From Rhynchopus sp. YZ270_cl-10 (taxonomy: Eukaryota), in NCBI GenBank assembly GCA_964035575.1, contig OZ037837.1, positions 124,001-188,000 on the forward strand: a stretch of DNA of 64,000 nucleotides. The letters are read 5' to 3'. The translations under genes were made by a program, and so were the position numbers. Of the stretch, positions 21,460 through 33,874 are shown piece after piece (within the stretch, counting starts at the first letter, position 1; every line of letters begins with the position of its first letter). The notes beneath the pieces were generated by a model. It had not been told where the DNA came from and made no database searches. It saw only the letters and a list, made by a program, of their open reading frames with translations.

Positions 21460-23193
21460 TCAAAGCGAGCGATGGTATTCCACTGCAATACCTATCGTGG
21501 TTTCCGCCTCGTTGAGAACTGCATGACCCCATGCATGTGGCACATAGAGGAGGTCACCTGCCTCTTGCATAACTTCTAGTGGCTTGCCGTACGTCTGCTG
21601 CTTGAAGAACTCCGCTGCAGGTGTCGTTGAGAGGAACGCCGTGGCTGGGGGCCACAACTGCCATCTCTTCCGCCCAACGCAGACGCCATTGACCGCATCC
21701 TGGTGGAGGTGTGGTGGGGAGCCGGTTCCTTCCTTTCCGATGCTAAGCTGCGGTGGGTTGTGCATCTGTCTTGGCATCGCGGTCCATAAGGAATACAACC
21801 CACCCAAATCGGTACCAAGCTGTTTGTGCAAACTGTTCTCGAAGGCATAGTCTGTTCCAGTGTTTGCCGCAAAATACTCAGAGATTGTCATTTGTGTAGG
21901 CGCAGCCAGGCCATACTGCTGTGCATACGGGATAGCGGCGACACTAACGTTTGCATCTCCGTATTCTTTGATGAATCCATCCTTTCCTAATGTAACGCAT
22001 TTCCATTTTTCTGCACCTCCACGAACCAATAAGGGGGTCCGCTTCGCAAACGCGCCAGACACAAACTCCGACACATCAAAATCCGCGACATCAACGACAG
22101 CCACCTCGGTCACCTCCTCCTCCTCCTCCTTCACCTCTGCACAGCTTTCCTCCTCTCTCTCCCCGCAGACGCAGTTCACGGAGGGGTACTGTCCACACTC
22201 CACTCCGAGTATACGGTGCAGGATGCGTGCCACTTCCTCATGGAAGCTGGGATTCGCCTCTACAACTGCCGCTTGGAGAAGCGAGGCGGATAGGGAGAGC
22301 GCTTCAGCAGAGTTTGCGGTGCAGACTCTGTTTTGTGCCTCTGGTGTAGGGAGCTCTGACTCAAGAATCGTTGCGACCTTTTGCAAATTGGCGACAGCTG
22401 ATGATGCGACTGCAGTCCTTACCATATCCGCATCGCAGATTGATCTGCCTTCGTCATCCACAAACCATCCATTTGTAACGTCGACTCTGCTATACGCCAA
22501 TAACGTTACCATCCGAGACTCGAGTTTTAGGAGCATGTCATCGTGGTTCTTTGATTTGAAGAGGTTGGTGCAGACGCGGACGTACATAGAATTTACGTCG
22601 AGGAGGATGTGTATCGGGGAGCGGCTTTCAAATGGACCGGAAGATGCGGGGGAAAGGAGTGGTGTTGCGTTGTTGTGGTGCGCGCGGAGAACCGCGCGGA
22701 GGACGGCAGCGAGAACTCCTGGGTGGCGTGTAGAGGCGGCGAGCATGAGGGGGGTGCGCATGCGTTCGTCTTCTCCAAGAAGAGGGTCGGCGCCGTGACG
22801 TAAAACAGTACGCACGACACAGACAAAGCCCTCAATCTGCACTGCAGACGACCGAGGGTTTGATAGCGCGCCCTCCAACGCCTTTAACGCAAACACCAAC
22901 GCAGTGCTCTTCCCTTCACCTTGCACCATTTTCAGATTAACCTCAAATCCGCTATGTGAAGTCAAAAGCTTCGCCGCCTTGCACGACCCCATATGCGCTG
23001 CAACCATCAACGCGCTTTGATCCTTCCCAGGCAGAACCTGAGGTGCGCCGTTGCGGAGAAGCGTTGCAGCCTCAGTAAGATCATTGCCGTGGATAGCCTG
23101 CTGCAGGGCAGCAGTGGCAGCAGCGGCGTTTCCATCACGCAGTGCAGCCGAAGGGGGTACGGCGAACAGAAGCATGCAGAAGAGGGTGCGCAT
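21460..23193 (-). CDS. Signal peptide + ankyrin repeats + JmjC (cupin) domain protein, JMJD8-like
   Basis: Signal peptide MRTLFCMLLFAVPPSAA; ankyrin motifs SALMVAA and TPLMLAA; JmjC motifs PLLVRG, GSPPHLHQD, GRKRWQLWPP, QEAGDLLYVPHAWGHAVLN. Confidence 0.85.
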   Translation of the reverse strand: MRTLFCMLLFAVPPSAALRDGNAAAATAALQQAIHGNDLTEAATLLRNGAPQVLPGKDQSALMVAAHMGSCKAAKLLTSHSGFEVNLKMVQGEGKSTALVFALKALEGALSNPRSSAVQIEGFVCVVRTVLRHGADPLLGEDERMRTPLMLAASTRHPGVLAAVLRAVLRAHHNNATPLLSPASSGPFESRSPIHILLDVNSMYVRVCTNLFKSKNHDDMLLKLESRMVTLLAYSRVDVTNGWFVDDEGRSICDADMVRTAVASSAVANLQKVATILESELPTPEAQNRVCTANSAEALSLSASLLQAAVVEANPSFHEEVARILHRILGVECGQYPSVNCVCGEREEESCAEVKEEEEEVTEVAVVDVADFDVSEFVSGAFAKRTPLLVRGGAEKWKCVTLGKDGFIKEYGDANVSVAAIPYAQQYGLAAPTQMTISEYFAANTGTDYAFENSLHKQLGTDLGGLYSLWTAMPRQMHNPPQLSIGKEGTGSPPHLHQDAVNGVCVGRKRWQLWPPATAFLSTTPAAEFFKQQTYGKPLEVMQEAGDLLYVPHAWGHAVLNEAETTIGIAVEYHRSL

Positions 23194-24559
23194 TGTGTTA
23201 GGGGAGGCTGGCTTTGGGGGAAAGGGGAAGGGGGAAAAAAAACTCCCACCCTGTGTGGAGGTATATGATACGGTGGGTGGGGGCGAGGAGATTTTTTGCT
23301 TTGTTAAGATATGGAGAGAGGCGCACTCAGTCGCTCTGTGGTAGTGTTTGGGTGTTCTTCTCGCGTTGTTCACGTTAGAGATGCCCTTTAGTCTATTCTA
23401 GAGGGTCCAGAGGGCACCTATCCACCTAAATCAAAGACTTTTTCGTAAAAAGAAGCGTTCGGACTTCTTGATAGATGCTCTGCTTACGGTGGGATCGAGG
23501 GAGTGTGCAGCTTTTCAGTTTTGCCGTACAACACACCTTTGAGACAACGGATCAAGGAAAAAACAAAGAAAAGTTTATAAGATGATCCTAAGCCTCTCGT
23601 GCTTAGTCACCTTAAAAACAAAAGATGGATTGGTTTTGATCCATCCCACACGTAGGGGGCTCGGGGAAGGCACCAAAAATAGAGTCCGACCAGAAGAAGG
23701 GAAATGTGAGAGGGGCGGAGGGGTTCTTTTACATTAACAGTACAAAAGTGATAAAAGAGGTTCCAGAGGCTCTGTGACTTGATCACGACACAGGTGCGCC
23801 CCTTGACTCAGTGGCAAACAACTTGAATGTTGAAAATTTGAAAGTTGACACCAGTGCACCAGGGCAGCAGGCAACTGTAAATGTGGGGTGTCCTGGGATA
23901 GCGGGGCTAGATACCCCAGTAAGGGACCTGCAGCGGACTAATACTGATCTGACCACCCTTGTTCCAGCGAGACACACATCATTTCCATTATTCGCGGGTG
24001 AAACAAAAAAAAAAAAAACAAAAAAGCAGTGTGTCACTGTGTGCGTCCAATTGTATCATACCATACATGATCCTGGTGTTGTGTCCGCGGTCTGTGCTGC
24101 AATGCAATGACTCTCGGAGTGTTGTTCTATGTTCATTCAATGATTAGATCTTAAAGACTTTCATTATAATTTTGTTTTGCACGACGGACGCTCTGCCCCT
24201 GTAGTTATTATATATTACCTGTGTGGTGTCAGTGATGTTTTTTTTAAAGGTTCACGTGGAAAAGAGCCCAACTGGTAGGTTTGTGGTCAAGGAAAACTGA
24301 TGATTCTTCCCGCAAATTTCGGCGGCAAAACAAACTCAAAGAAAATTTCACTGACGGAGGGGGAAATGTGCAGATTAAATTGCGAATACAGCAACAAAAA
24401 AGAAAACGTGAAAACACACATCTTTACAACGGGTTTGATGATGGGCTTCTCTTTGTCACAAAAAGACGGTTGTTTGGGGTAAAGTTCACCCCAGAAAAAG
24501 AGTTGGAAGTAATGAAAGACACACAAGGTCCCATCAAGAGCCGAGAGAAGGAGAGCGAG

Positions 24560-25180
24560 GGACATTGTCCCTCTGCATAACAGCAGGGTTTTAAAAAAAA
24601 AGGGGGGGAGAGGAGGAAGTGTCAGTACTTGGTATTGTGCTGTACGCCAGCAATTTTGTTCTGTTTGCGTTGTGTGCGCTCTTTTTTTTTGAATGTTTTT
24701 TTGTGTGTTTTTTATTGTTCATCAAAAAAAAAAATGAAAATGAAAAATAAAAAATGAAAATGAAAATAAAAGTAAAAGGAGAGAGGAGGAGGTAGTGATG
24801 TCATATATTTGAAACAACCCCCTCTCAAAAAAAAAACATCACTCCTAAAACGATCAACCCAAAAACTACTCCCAAAAAAATAAAATAAAAAAGAGGGGGT
24901 TCAAAAAAAAAAAACGGCGATTCACACCTAAAGTGAGGGAGGGGGGGTCAGAGATACCGTGTACACTTTTTCTGCGCACGAACCTGATTTTTTTTTTTTT
25001 TTTTGAAAAAAATTTTTGCCAAAAAAAATTTAAAAAAAAAGCTCTCAAAAAAAAAAGGGGGGGGGCAATCAGGTGGATGATTTTAAAAAAAATTCAAAAA
25101 AAAAGGGGGAAAAAAATGTGCAGAAAAATTAAAAATAGAAACCGGAAAAAAGAAAAACAAAGAAAAAAAGGGGGTGCTTT
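24560..25180. repeat. Low-complexity poly-A/poly-T/poly-G tract region
   Basis: Dense homopolymer runs and AAAATG repeats. Confidence 0.7.
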
Positions 25181-25689
25181 TCGTTTTACGCAAAAGTACG
25201 ACGACACTCATGCTACCCAAACAATAGATCAGCACCTAGATTACTCTGTGAGCAAACCACTGATTTTTCCGTCTCCTGAATTTTACCCCTTCCCTACCTG
25301 CCCTGCCCAGCTCCACTACCTTAGTTTAAGTTCCGCCCCACAACTTTGCTTCACAGAAAACACAATTTTCGGGTCAAAATGGCGAATTTTTTTGCACATG
25401 GGCCCATAACTTTGCACAGAGAAAAGACGAAAATAAAACCTTCACACATACTGCACACGCGGGCGGGCACGGTACACCTGTATCTGGACAGCTTCGTTGC
25501 TGCAAACTTATAAGAACCTCTCGAGCGACGTCACCCACCACCCGCTGCTATTGCCTTCTTCTGTGAACCTCTGTTGTGCGGCTGGCACACATCTGCAACT
25601 GATCCACCCTACCCACACCATCCCGCGAACCCGTACCCTTCCCAAGACCGTATCTGACCTGTCCGTCACTTCACGGCTCACGCGCCACT

Positions 25690-27271
25690 TCAGTACCCAG
25701 CAGCGTCCTCAATGGGACGCTCCCACGTGGTGTCGCCAGTGGCAGTGTAGTAGTATGTCTGTGTCATGTGTGCAGTGTTGTCATATGTGCTGTGTTGCAT
25801 ACCTTCCCAGAGGTGGGGTCCTTTGCCTCGTAGTACTGCTTCCCGCCAGACTGGATCATCGATCCTGTCGCCGTCCCAGACGCGCTCGTTGTGGCTGCTG
25901 CCGGCTGTGCGTAGCCACCACCACCTCCTCCGTAGCTCGCAGGCTGCTGGCCGTAGCCACCTCCTCCACTGTAGCCACCACCACCGCTGTTGTAGCCACC
26001 CCCGTAGCCTCCACCGCCAGAGTTGTAGCCACCACCGTAGCCGCCCTGGTTGTAGCCTCCCTTCCCACCTCCCTTCCCGCCCTTGCCACCACCCTTCCCA
26101 CCCTTCTTCCCTCCTCCTCCGCCGTAGTGCTGCTGCTGGTAGTTATTGTACCCACCAGGGGCACTCACGCTTCCGTACAGCTGTGCGTTCTCCGTCTGCT
26201 GCGTCTGCTGCTTGGCTCCAGGTGCCTCGGCAAGCCTGTCGTGTGTGTGTGTGGAGTGTGGAGTGTGAAGTGTGAAGTGTGGAGTGAGATCAACATACTT
26301 GACAAGGATCCCGTTGGTGTCACCATCGGGGCACTCGCTCTTGTGCATTGCCCCAATAGCCTTCTGTGCGGAGTCAGCGTTGTCGTACGTCACAAACCCA
26401 CTGTAGCGTCCAGTCTTCGACTTGCGGTCGTTCATCACAAACACCTTCGTGATGTTGCCGAAGACGCCAAAGTTCTCCTGCAGCCATTGCTGTGTTGTGG
26501 TGTAATATTTTAATCAATGTTTGGGTAATCCTTCAGATCGACATGGCCTAATATGTTGTGCTGAACACGCGCCCTGCGACACCAACCCCTGCACTGGCCC
26601 AGTTGTCACATCTGCCCGCCACGCTAGAGGCACGTAGTTGTGAACCTGGCTTAAGTGTCTTGCAGACGATAACGCAGTGGTAATTAGGAAATAATACAAC
26701 AAGAAAGGATCGGACCTTTTATGGTTCAAATGAACGAATAATGTGAATAATTTGGAAATAAAGTCACAACAAACATCGGTGGGGTACAAACTAAGGTGCA
26801 TTGTAGGGGTTCAAAACTCTAAGGATTTTTACCCCCCACACCGATGCTGTGTTCCTGTAAATACTGTTTCCCATTTTCTGTTTCGTTAGTGTTCTATTGT
26901 CTCTTTTGCAGTGCCTTTGGTTGTACTCCTCAACTGCGTTGCAAGCAACACTCACTGAGGGAAGGTACCATACACTCAGATTATCCTTTACAACAGCGTT
27001 ACACTGCGTTACGCTGCGTTACACTGCGTTGTTGTCCGCAAGATGTGTTCAACGAAATAATGCGTAGAACTAAATGTGTAGAAAAATTCGTACATCACAC
27101 AGCATGCAGGTATTATGATTTTCCTGACGAACTAAAGGGGGGGAAAAAAGGGGGGAAAGAAAACAGAAAAGGGAGGGCTGCCTCTTGAGGAAGAAACAGT
27201 GCACATACGTCACCCATTGTCTCGCCCAGGTTGGCGATGTACAGCCTCGTGCCTGGTGCGACGTCGGTCAT
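25690..27271 (-). CDS. RRM-Gly-WW protein, copy 2 (exons 27271-27209, 26489-26299, 26235-25803, 25758-25690)
   Basis: Exons near-identical to copy 1. Intron 1 is 719 nt instead of 152 nt, with splice sites intact. Confidence 0.85.
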
Positions 27272-27515
27272 TGTTGCTTTTTGTTTTCTTTTTGTTAATT
27301 CTGGGGTTGAGGAGAAAGTGTGCTCGATATATGGAGGGGTAGGATGATGGCAAAGAACTGTTAAGAACTACTGAGAAAATAACCTGTCAAAGTGCAGGCT
27401 TCGTTCGGTGTGCTGCCCCATCCGTATGACAGGCATTTGCCCCATAACCCACTGCTGTCTACCCTTCCCAAGACCGTATCTGACCTGTCCGTCACTTCAC
27501 GGCTCACGCGCCACT

Positions 27516-28514
27516 TCAGTACCCAGCAGCGTCCTCAATGGGACGCTCCCACGTGGTGTCGCCAGTGGCAGTGTAGTAGTATGTCTGTGTCATGTGTGCA
27601 GTGTTGTCATATGTGCTGTGTTGCATACCTTCCCAGAGGTGGGGTCCTTTGCCTCGTAGTACTGCTTCCCGCCAGACTGGATCATCGATCCTGTCGCCGT
27701 CCCAGACGCGCTCGTTGTGGCTGCTGCAGGCTGTGTGCCTGCAACGTTGTAGTTGCTGTGGGCCTGCTGGCCGTAGCCACCTCCTCCACTGTAGCCACCA
27801 CCACCGCTGTTGTAGCCACCCCCGTAGCCTCCACCGCCAGAGTTGTAGCCACCACCGTAGCCGCCCTGGTTGTAGCCTCCCTTCCCACCTCCCTTCCCGC
27901 CCTTGCCACCACCCTTCCCACCCTTCTTCCCGCCACCTCCGCCGTAGTGCTGCTGCTGGTAGTTGTTGTACCCACCAGGGGCACTCACGCTTCCGTACAG
28001 CTGTGCGTTCTCCGTCTGCTGCGTCTGCTGCTTGGCTCCAGGTGCCTCGGCAAGCCTGTCGTGTGTGTGGAGTGTGGTGGAGTGTGAAGTGAAGTGAGAT
28101 CAGCATACTTGACAAGGATCCCGTTGGTGTCACCATCGGGGCACTCGCTCTTGTGCATTGCCCCAATAGCCTTCTGTGCGGAGTCAGCGTTGTCGTACGT
28201 CACAAACCCACTGTAGCGTCCAGTCTTCGACTTGCGGTCGTTCATCACAAACACCTTCGTGATGTTGCCGAAGACGCCAAAGTTCTCCTGCAGCCATTGC
28301 TGTGTTGTGGTGTGGAATACAATGTGCGGTACCTACCTCACGGATACAGAAAAGAGGTGAACGATGACCCTAAGCCTCTGCTTCGCTACGAATGAAAGGG
28401 AAAAAACAGAAAAGGGAGGGCTGCCTCTTGAGGAAGAAACAGTGCACATACGTCACCCATTGTCTCGCCCAGGTTGGCGATGTACAGCCTCGTGCCTGGT
28501 GCGACGTCGGTCAT
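27516..28514 (-). CDS. RRM-Gly-WW protein, copy 3 (exons 28514-28452, 28299-28109, 28055-27629, 27584-27516)
   Basis: Same structure. Intron 2 is 53 nt. Variant segment QQAHSNYNVAGTQP. Confidence 0.88.
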
Positions 28515-31117
28515 TGTTGCTTTTTGTTTTCTTTTTGTTAATCCTGCGTGGGTTTGAAGTGAAAATGATTGTTGTGACACGGTGCAGGGGTTGTGTTGCG
28601 TGTGGTTGAAGGCCTGCGGGATGTTCAGCAATTCCCTTTGCAATATCATCCTTTTCAGGTGTCCACATAAAGAAGTGATCCATGATAAGTGGGCAACGGA
28701 AAAAGGTGCATTTTAGCAGGAAAACAGGAAAGCGATGCAAACTACACAAAATACCGTTTGTCTGCCTTCCCAGCCCCTAAGCGAAAGGGACGACGATACA
28801 GGGCGTTGGCGGGATACTCCCTACACCTAGCTCTGTCGCAAAATGCACTGCCTCTGTACGAAAGGTCAAAGTGAGCTTTACGCCCATGGTCTACCTCTGT
28901 GCACGCAGACCGTGGCTGACCACGGTCCCCACGAGGGATCTGAGTCTCGGGATACCCCAGGCGACTTGTGGTTGTTGTCACCACAAATGTGGCAATGCCT
29001 GCAAGGCAGCTGAGGCAGCATTGGAGGCTTACTCCACAACACGCAACGGCAAGGATACGAGCGTGAATGGAGCCGTCTACACCCTGTCGAAAACGCTCGA
29101 CGTCACCTTTAGTCGTGGGAAGGGCGTGTCTTTCCGCAACCTTGTCCGGTCAACCGAACCCATAGAACTTCGGCAGAAACTGTGAAGCAATGAACTACGC
29201 AGGCACCTCCGAATGACCGATACCAGACGATACCAGCCACTGATGAAAGTTTCATGTTCTCCCAAGGACGTTTAATATGAATTTATCGCACTTTACTTGT
29301 ATCAAGTTAATGTACGGAATGGTAGAACGAGGCCCGACAGATTTTTTTACAAACTGGGCATTATTTAATCGTGGGGGCGAAATACCAGACCCTGAATAGT
29401 AGACCCCCCCTGAGAAACTGTGAATAGATGTTCATTTGTGAGACTGAACAGATTCGCTAATATGTCATCAGCAACCCATGGTCCATGGCGACACTCATAT
29501 TTTCTGATTGAAAGTGGTGTTCACGTTTTTGGGTACGGGGCGGAGAATAAAATATGTTCGATAAAAGAAATGCAATCTTTTTATTTCATCTTGTTCAAAA
29601 AAAGGAAGATATCTCCACCAAAGATACACAAAGCCCCTGGAAGAAGATTTCCACCTTTGGAGCTTTGTGAGCACTGAACAGATTTGCTTTTTGTATTATA
29701 TTATAGGTCAAAGACAGGGAGGGGGGGAGGGGAGGGGAGAGGGACACCGTACAGTACCAAGCACACCCGTCAGCCCAGCCAGCAAGCTGACTGGGCGAAC
29801 CGTAGGTACTGGCCATAAGGCTCAAACCCTCGGAACAACAAGGCTCCTCGAAGTGCATGACCCAGTACACCGGGTGGACCCCCAACCATGCGGTCCTACA
29901 TCCATTTCGAGGTTGATGCCAACAACAAAAGCAACAAAATATTGTGGTGCACGTGTTCTACTTTGCTATCTTATTTTAAGACACCTACCTGGTACCATAA
30001 GAACTACGCGAACCACGAGAGAAAAAAGGGGAACTATTTAAACGAAGCAGGCCGTATTTGTTCTCACACCCCCGTCAAGTGTCTGTCAGGGGTACAATCT
30101 CTGTTCATTAAATTGGGTGGGGAGCATGATGATGGAAAAAAGCAACAATTTCTAGGGGTGTGGGAGGGAGGGTTTAAAAGGAGAAACGCTTTGCCATGAA
30201 ACCCAATTGCAATAAATGAAGCGACACCACATCTCTTTAGGTTAGGAGGCTGTCTTGAATCAAGATTACCTATCACTGATTGGTGTGGAGGGAGAGATGT
30301 CGGGACACTTGTCATGCAAGAAAGGGTGTGCATGGCTGAAACAAAAATGGGGTAAAATGATGATAAAAAACAAAACAAAAAAAAGAACCGAAGATGTACC
30401 TCACGGTTACACGCATCGTTCAGAACAATATAAAATCAGAGCAATATTATATCATTGCCAAATTAACACTCACCCAGTACCTCATGTGCCCACACGTTTT
30501 GTGAATAGCCCCAAAAAGTACACAGTTTTCCCTGCGGTCTTTAGAAGACAGTGACAGTGCTGGTAAGTTGCATATATTACAATGCCACTTTCTCTGACAC
30601 AATTACGCATCACAAACAGAAACACAGTCGATTACCAAGTAAGCAAAGTTACACACGCCTATAGAACCTCACCCGTTTACGTTTTATTCCATCACAGATC
30701 GGTGCCGTCTGAGAGACAGCATAACTTGCAGCAAGTGCGCTCGTAAGGGAAGCACACGCTGTATATGCCTGTCACCATTCAGGTAACATGTAAAGTGCTG
30801 GAGGAGGGGGAATCCTTGGGGGGTACAATATGGGGACCTTCTTATTTGTCGAGATTGCCCAAGTAAATCGTTTTTCCTACATTTTAAAAAGATATTACAG
30901 GAACACTGATTGCAAGTTGCATTCGTTTCAGTGCCAATTTCTCTGACAAAACAATAAGCTTGACCAATGGGAGAAAACAAAACAAAATAAAACAAACAAA
31001 ATCTACTCGCAACCGTTGCAACGGAGTCCGCAATTTGACAACAGCAAGACACCTCACAAACGCACAGTAGTGAACACACCACAGGCACACACAGACCTCT
31101 CACAACATCGGCTCTGC

Positions 31118-33874
31118 TCACAGTGTCCACACTATCAGAGTGCCGTCGGAGCTCGCAGTTGCCAGACGTGCGTTGTCGGGAGCAAAGGCCACACGCGCCA
31201 CCACTGCCGCAGAGTGTCCGAGCAGGTCCGCAACCAGGGTCCCGCTCTTGCTCCACACCATCACGTCACCCTCGCCCACAGCAGCCAGCAGCGACCCGTC
31301 ACGGCTGTACCTGCTGTCGTGCACCGCACCAGACGGCATCTTCACAGCAAAGTGCTCCACTGGGCGGCCCACGGCAATGCTTCCCCCAGACCACCTCGTC
31401 ACACGGACCCACCCGTCCTCCATGCCACGCATGAGCTCCTGATCGCGGGAGAACGCCAGCGCCTTCACACGCACACGCACAGACGGCACCTCCGACACAG
31501 ACACGGTGCCGCTGCCGCTCAGACTCCACACACTTGTCACCTCGCCCACCTCTGTTCCCCACACGGTGGCGAGGAAGTTCCCAACAGTGTCGAAGGCAGC
31601 GCCGCGTGCGTGGTGCTGGATCACAGTGGAGGGGTCCGTCACATCTGACGCAAGCAGGTCAAACACACGTGTGTGCGGGTCGCTCCCGCCCCCGCTCACC
31701 ACGTAGCGCCCGTTGTCCGAGAACTGCACGCTCGTCACAGGTCTTCCCCGCGAATGGCTCAGGTCCACCAGGGTTGCCTCCAGCACACCTGTCGCAGCGT
31801 CGCACACAACCACACGCCCGCCCTCCCCAGCAAGTGCCACCAGGCTGTTGTTGGGCGAGAACGCAATGTCGTACACCTTGAAGCCGTCCGCACAGCCCAG
31901 CTGCGCCATCTGCAAACCCGTCTGCGCAGAGAACACACGCACAACACGGTCTGCAGCTCCTGTTGCCACACGGCTTCCGTCACCAGAGAACGCCACAGAC
32001 AGCAGGCGTGCAGGGTGCTTCACCTCGTAGGCACATGCACGTGACACTAATGAACCGCAGGGTTTTGTCACAGTGTCAACCGCCACACACTCAGGCTGAA
32101 CGTATGGCACACGTGTTGCAGGCACATCTGTTGGTGGGGCTGGTGTCGGCACTGCTGTCGGCGGTGCTTCGGTGGGATCTGCACAGACGAAGTCGAACTC
32201 AAAGCCTGTGTACGTCACAGACCCGTCACTGGTGAACTGCATGAACAGTGGCCCATCCCATGTGTGCTCTGTCCCCGAAGACAACGAACCAGCGTAGCGG
32301 TACACTTGCTGGTAGACGTCCTCCCGTACCTCGGTGCTGATGGTCATGTAGTCGTAGTTGCGCTCAGTGCTGAACAAAGTCCACGTGATGACCACAGTAG
32401 TGTCACATTCAATCTTCCAGCATTCGGATTCGCGGTTCCCATAGTTCAAGAAGCTCACCTGGCCTGTTGCAGTGTCGTTGTCAAAGACTGCCAGGTTGTT
32501 GCAGGTGGTGTAAGTTCCTGGCACACGTGTGAGTGGCACGTCTGTGGGAGGTGAGGCTGTGGGTTCCGCTGTTGGCGGTGCAACTGTCGGTTCCGCCGTT
32601 GGAACTGCCGTTGGTACAGCGGTGGGTTCAGCTGTCGGCGGTGCTTCGGTGGGATCTGCACAGAAGAAGTCGAACTCAAATCCTGTGTACGTCACAGACC
32701 CGTCACTGGTGAACTGCATGAACAGTGGCCCAGCCCATGTGTGCTGTGTCCCCGAAGACAACGAACCAGCGTAACGGTACACTTGCTGGTAGACGTCCTC
32801 CCGTACCTCGGTGCTGATGGTCATGTAGTCGTAGTTGCGCTCAGTGCTGAACGAAGTCCACGTGATGACCACAGTAGTGTCACATTCAATCTTCCAGCAT
32901 TCGGATTCGCGGTTCCCATAGTTCAAGAAGCTCACCTGGCCTGTTGCAGTGTCGTTGTCAAAGACTGCCAGGTTGTTGCAGGTGGTGTAAGTTCCTGGCA
33001 CACGTGTGGGTGGCACGTCTGTGGGAGGTGAGGCTGTGGGTTCTGCTGTTGGCGGTGCAACGGTTGGTTCCGCCGTTGGAACTGCCGTTGGTACAGCGGT
33101 GGGTTCAGCTGTGGTGAACGGCACACAAGAAAACCCTGGGGACCACACACCCGTGTCGTTGGTGTCTGCCCCCTCCTCACACTGCAGCACCCCGTCCCTG
33201 CGGTACCCCGCATCACATTCTGCGTCGCAAGACTCCCCAATGAAGAAGGTTCTGTTCCCCCTGCACTCCTCCGTGTTCAGGTTGTCATAATCGGGAATGG
33301 TCCCGCAGGTGCCAACGCGAAACGCAATGTCCACGTGCACGCTGGGGCTCATCTGGCACGGGTGTCCATATGTGCTGCCGGGCATCAGTGGGTAATCGAC
33401 ACCCTCTATCCAGACCTCGTGGTCGCCGACTTCATCTGACGGGATGATGATGGAATACCATGTAAACAAACTGGTGGAACTACCACATATGGGCAGAGTG
33501 TCACTTCCCTGCGCTCTGGATCCATAGATCCCGTGGCACGTCACAGAGCTGCCACTTGGGAAGGCGTGCACGTATTGATCATCCAAATCCTCTGTGTACC
33601 CGCAGTACTCAAGGACCGAAGAGACCCCGTCCACATCGAGAGAGCTGTGATCAGGTGCGTCGCAAAACACAACTCTGCTGCTGCTGTGGTCCCCTGACGG
33701 TGTTCGCACGTGGACAACACCACGTTCATTCTCCTGTGAGTTGTGGTAAGTGGCCAGCCACAGGGTGACGTAGCCCGGCTGTGCCGACGAAACAGATGAG
33801 CACACGGCATTGATGTGCGCCTCCACAACACTGGCAGCCAGCATCGCAACGACACTTGCACGAAGTGCCGACAT
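31118..33874 (-). CDS. Secreted multidomain protein: signal peptide, Cys-rich/Sushi-like domain, 2 CUB-like domains with P/T linkers, C-terminal WD40 propeller
   Basis: Signal peptide MSALRASVVAMLAASVVEA; GESCDAECDAGY..LQC..GVWS; NYGNRESECWKI..FSTERNYDYMTI..MQFTSDGSVTYTGF twice; WD repeats such as SVAFSGDGSRVATGAADRVVRVF and LATASSDGTLIVW. Confidence 0.9.
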   Translation of the reverse strand: MSALRASVVAMLAASVVEAHINAVCSSVSSAQPGYVTLWLATYHNSQENERGVVHVRTPSGDHSSSRVVFCDAPDHSSLDVDGVSSVLEYCGYTEDLDDQYVHAFPSGSSVTCHGIYGSRAQGSDTLPICGSSTSLFTWYSIIIPSDEVGDHEVWIEGVDYPLMPGSTYGHPCQMSPSVHVDIAFRVGTCGTIPDYDNLNTEECRGNRTFFIGESCDAECDAGYRRDGVLQCEEGADTNDTGVWSPGFSCVPFTTAEPTAVPTAVPTAEPTVAPPTAEPTASPPTDVPPTRVPGTYTTCNNLAVFDNDTATGQVSFLNYGNRESECWKIECDTTVVITWTSFSTERNYDYMTISTEVREDVYQQVYRYAGSLSSGTQHTWAGPLFMQFTSDGSVTYTGFEFDFFCADPTEAPPTAEPTAVPTAVPTAEPTVAPPTAEPTASPPTDVPLTRVPGTYTTCNNLAVFDNDTATGQVSFLNYGNRESECWKIECDTTVVITWTLFSTERNYDYMTISTEVREDVYQQVYRYAGSLSSGTEHTWDGPLFMQFTSDGSVTYTGFEFDFVCADPTEAPPTAVPTPAPPTDVPATRVPYVQPECVAVDTVTKPCGSLVSRACAYEVKHPARLLSVAFSGDGSRVATGAADRVVRVFSAQTGLQMAQLGCADGFKVYDIAFSPNNSLVALAGEGGRVVVCDAATGVLEATLVDLSHSRGRPVTSVQFSDNGRYVVSGGGSDPHTRVFDLLASDVTDPSTVIQHHARGAAFDTVGNFLATVWGTEVGEVTSVWSLSGSGTVSVSEVPSVRVRVKALAFSRDQELMRGMEDGWVRVTRWSGGSIAVGRPVEHFAVKMPSGAVHDSRYSRDGSLLAAVGEGDVMVWSKSGTLVADLLGHSAAVVARVAFAPDNARLATASSDGTLIVWTL

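Noticed and set aside
24866..25409. Lys/Phe-rich ORFs
   Set aside because: Products of homopolymer runs.
28760..29270. GC-rich plus-strand frames that might be a transposase or retroelement fragment
   Set aside because: No recognisable motif; cannot be supported without a search.
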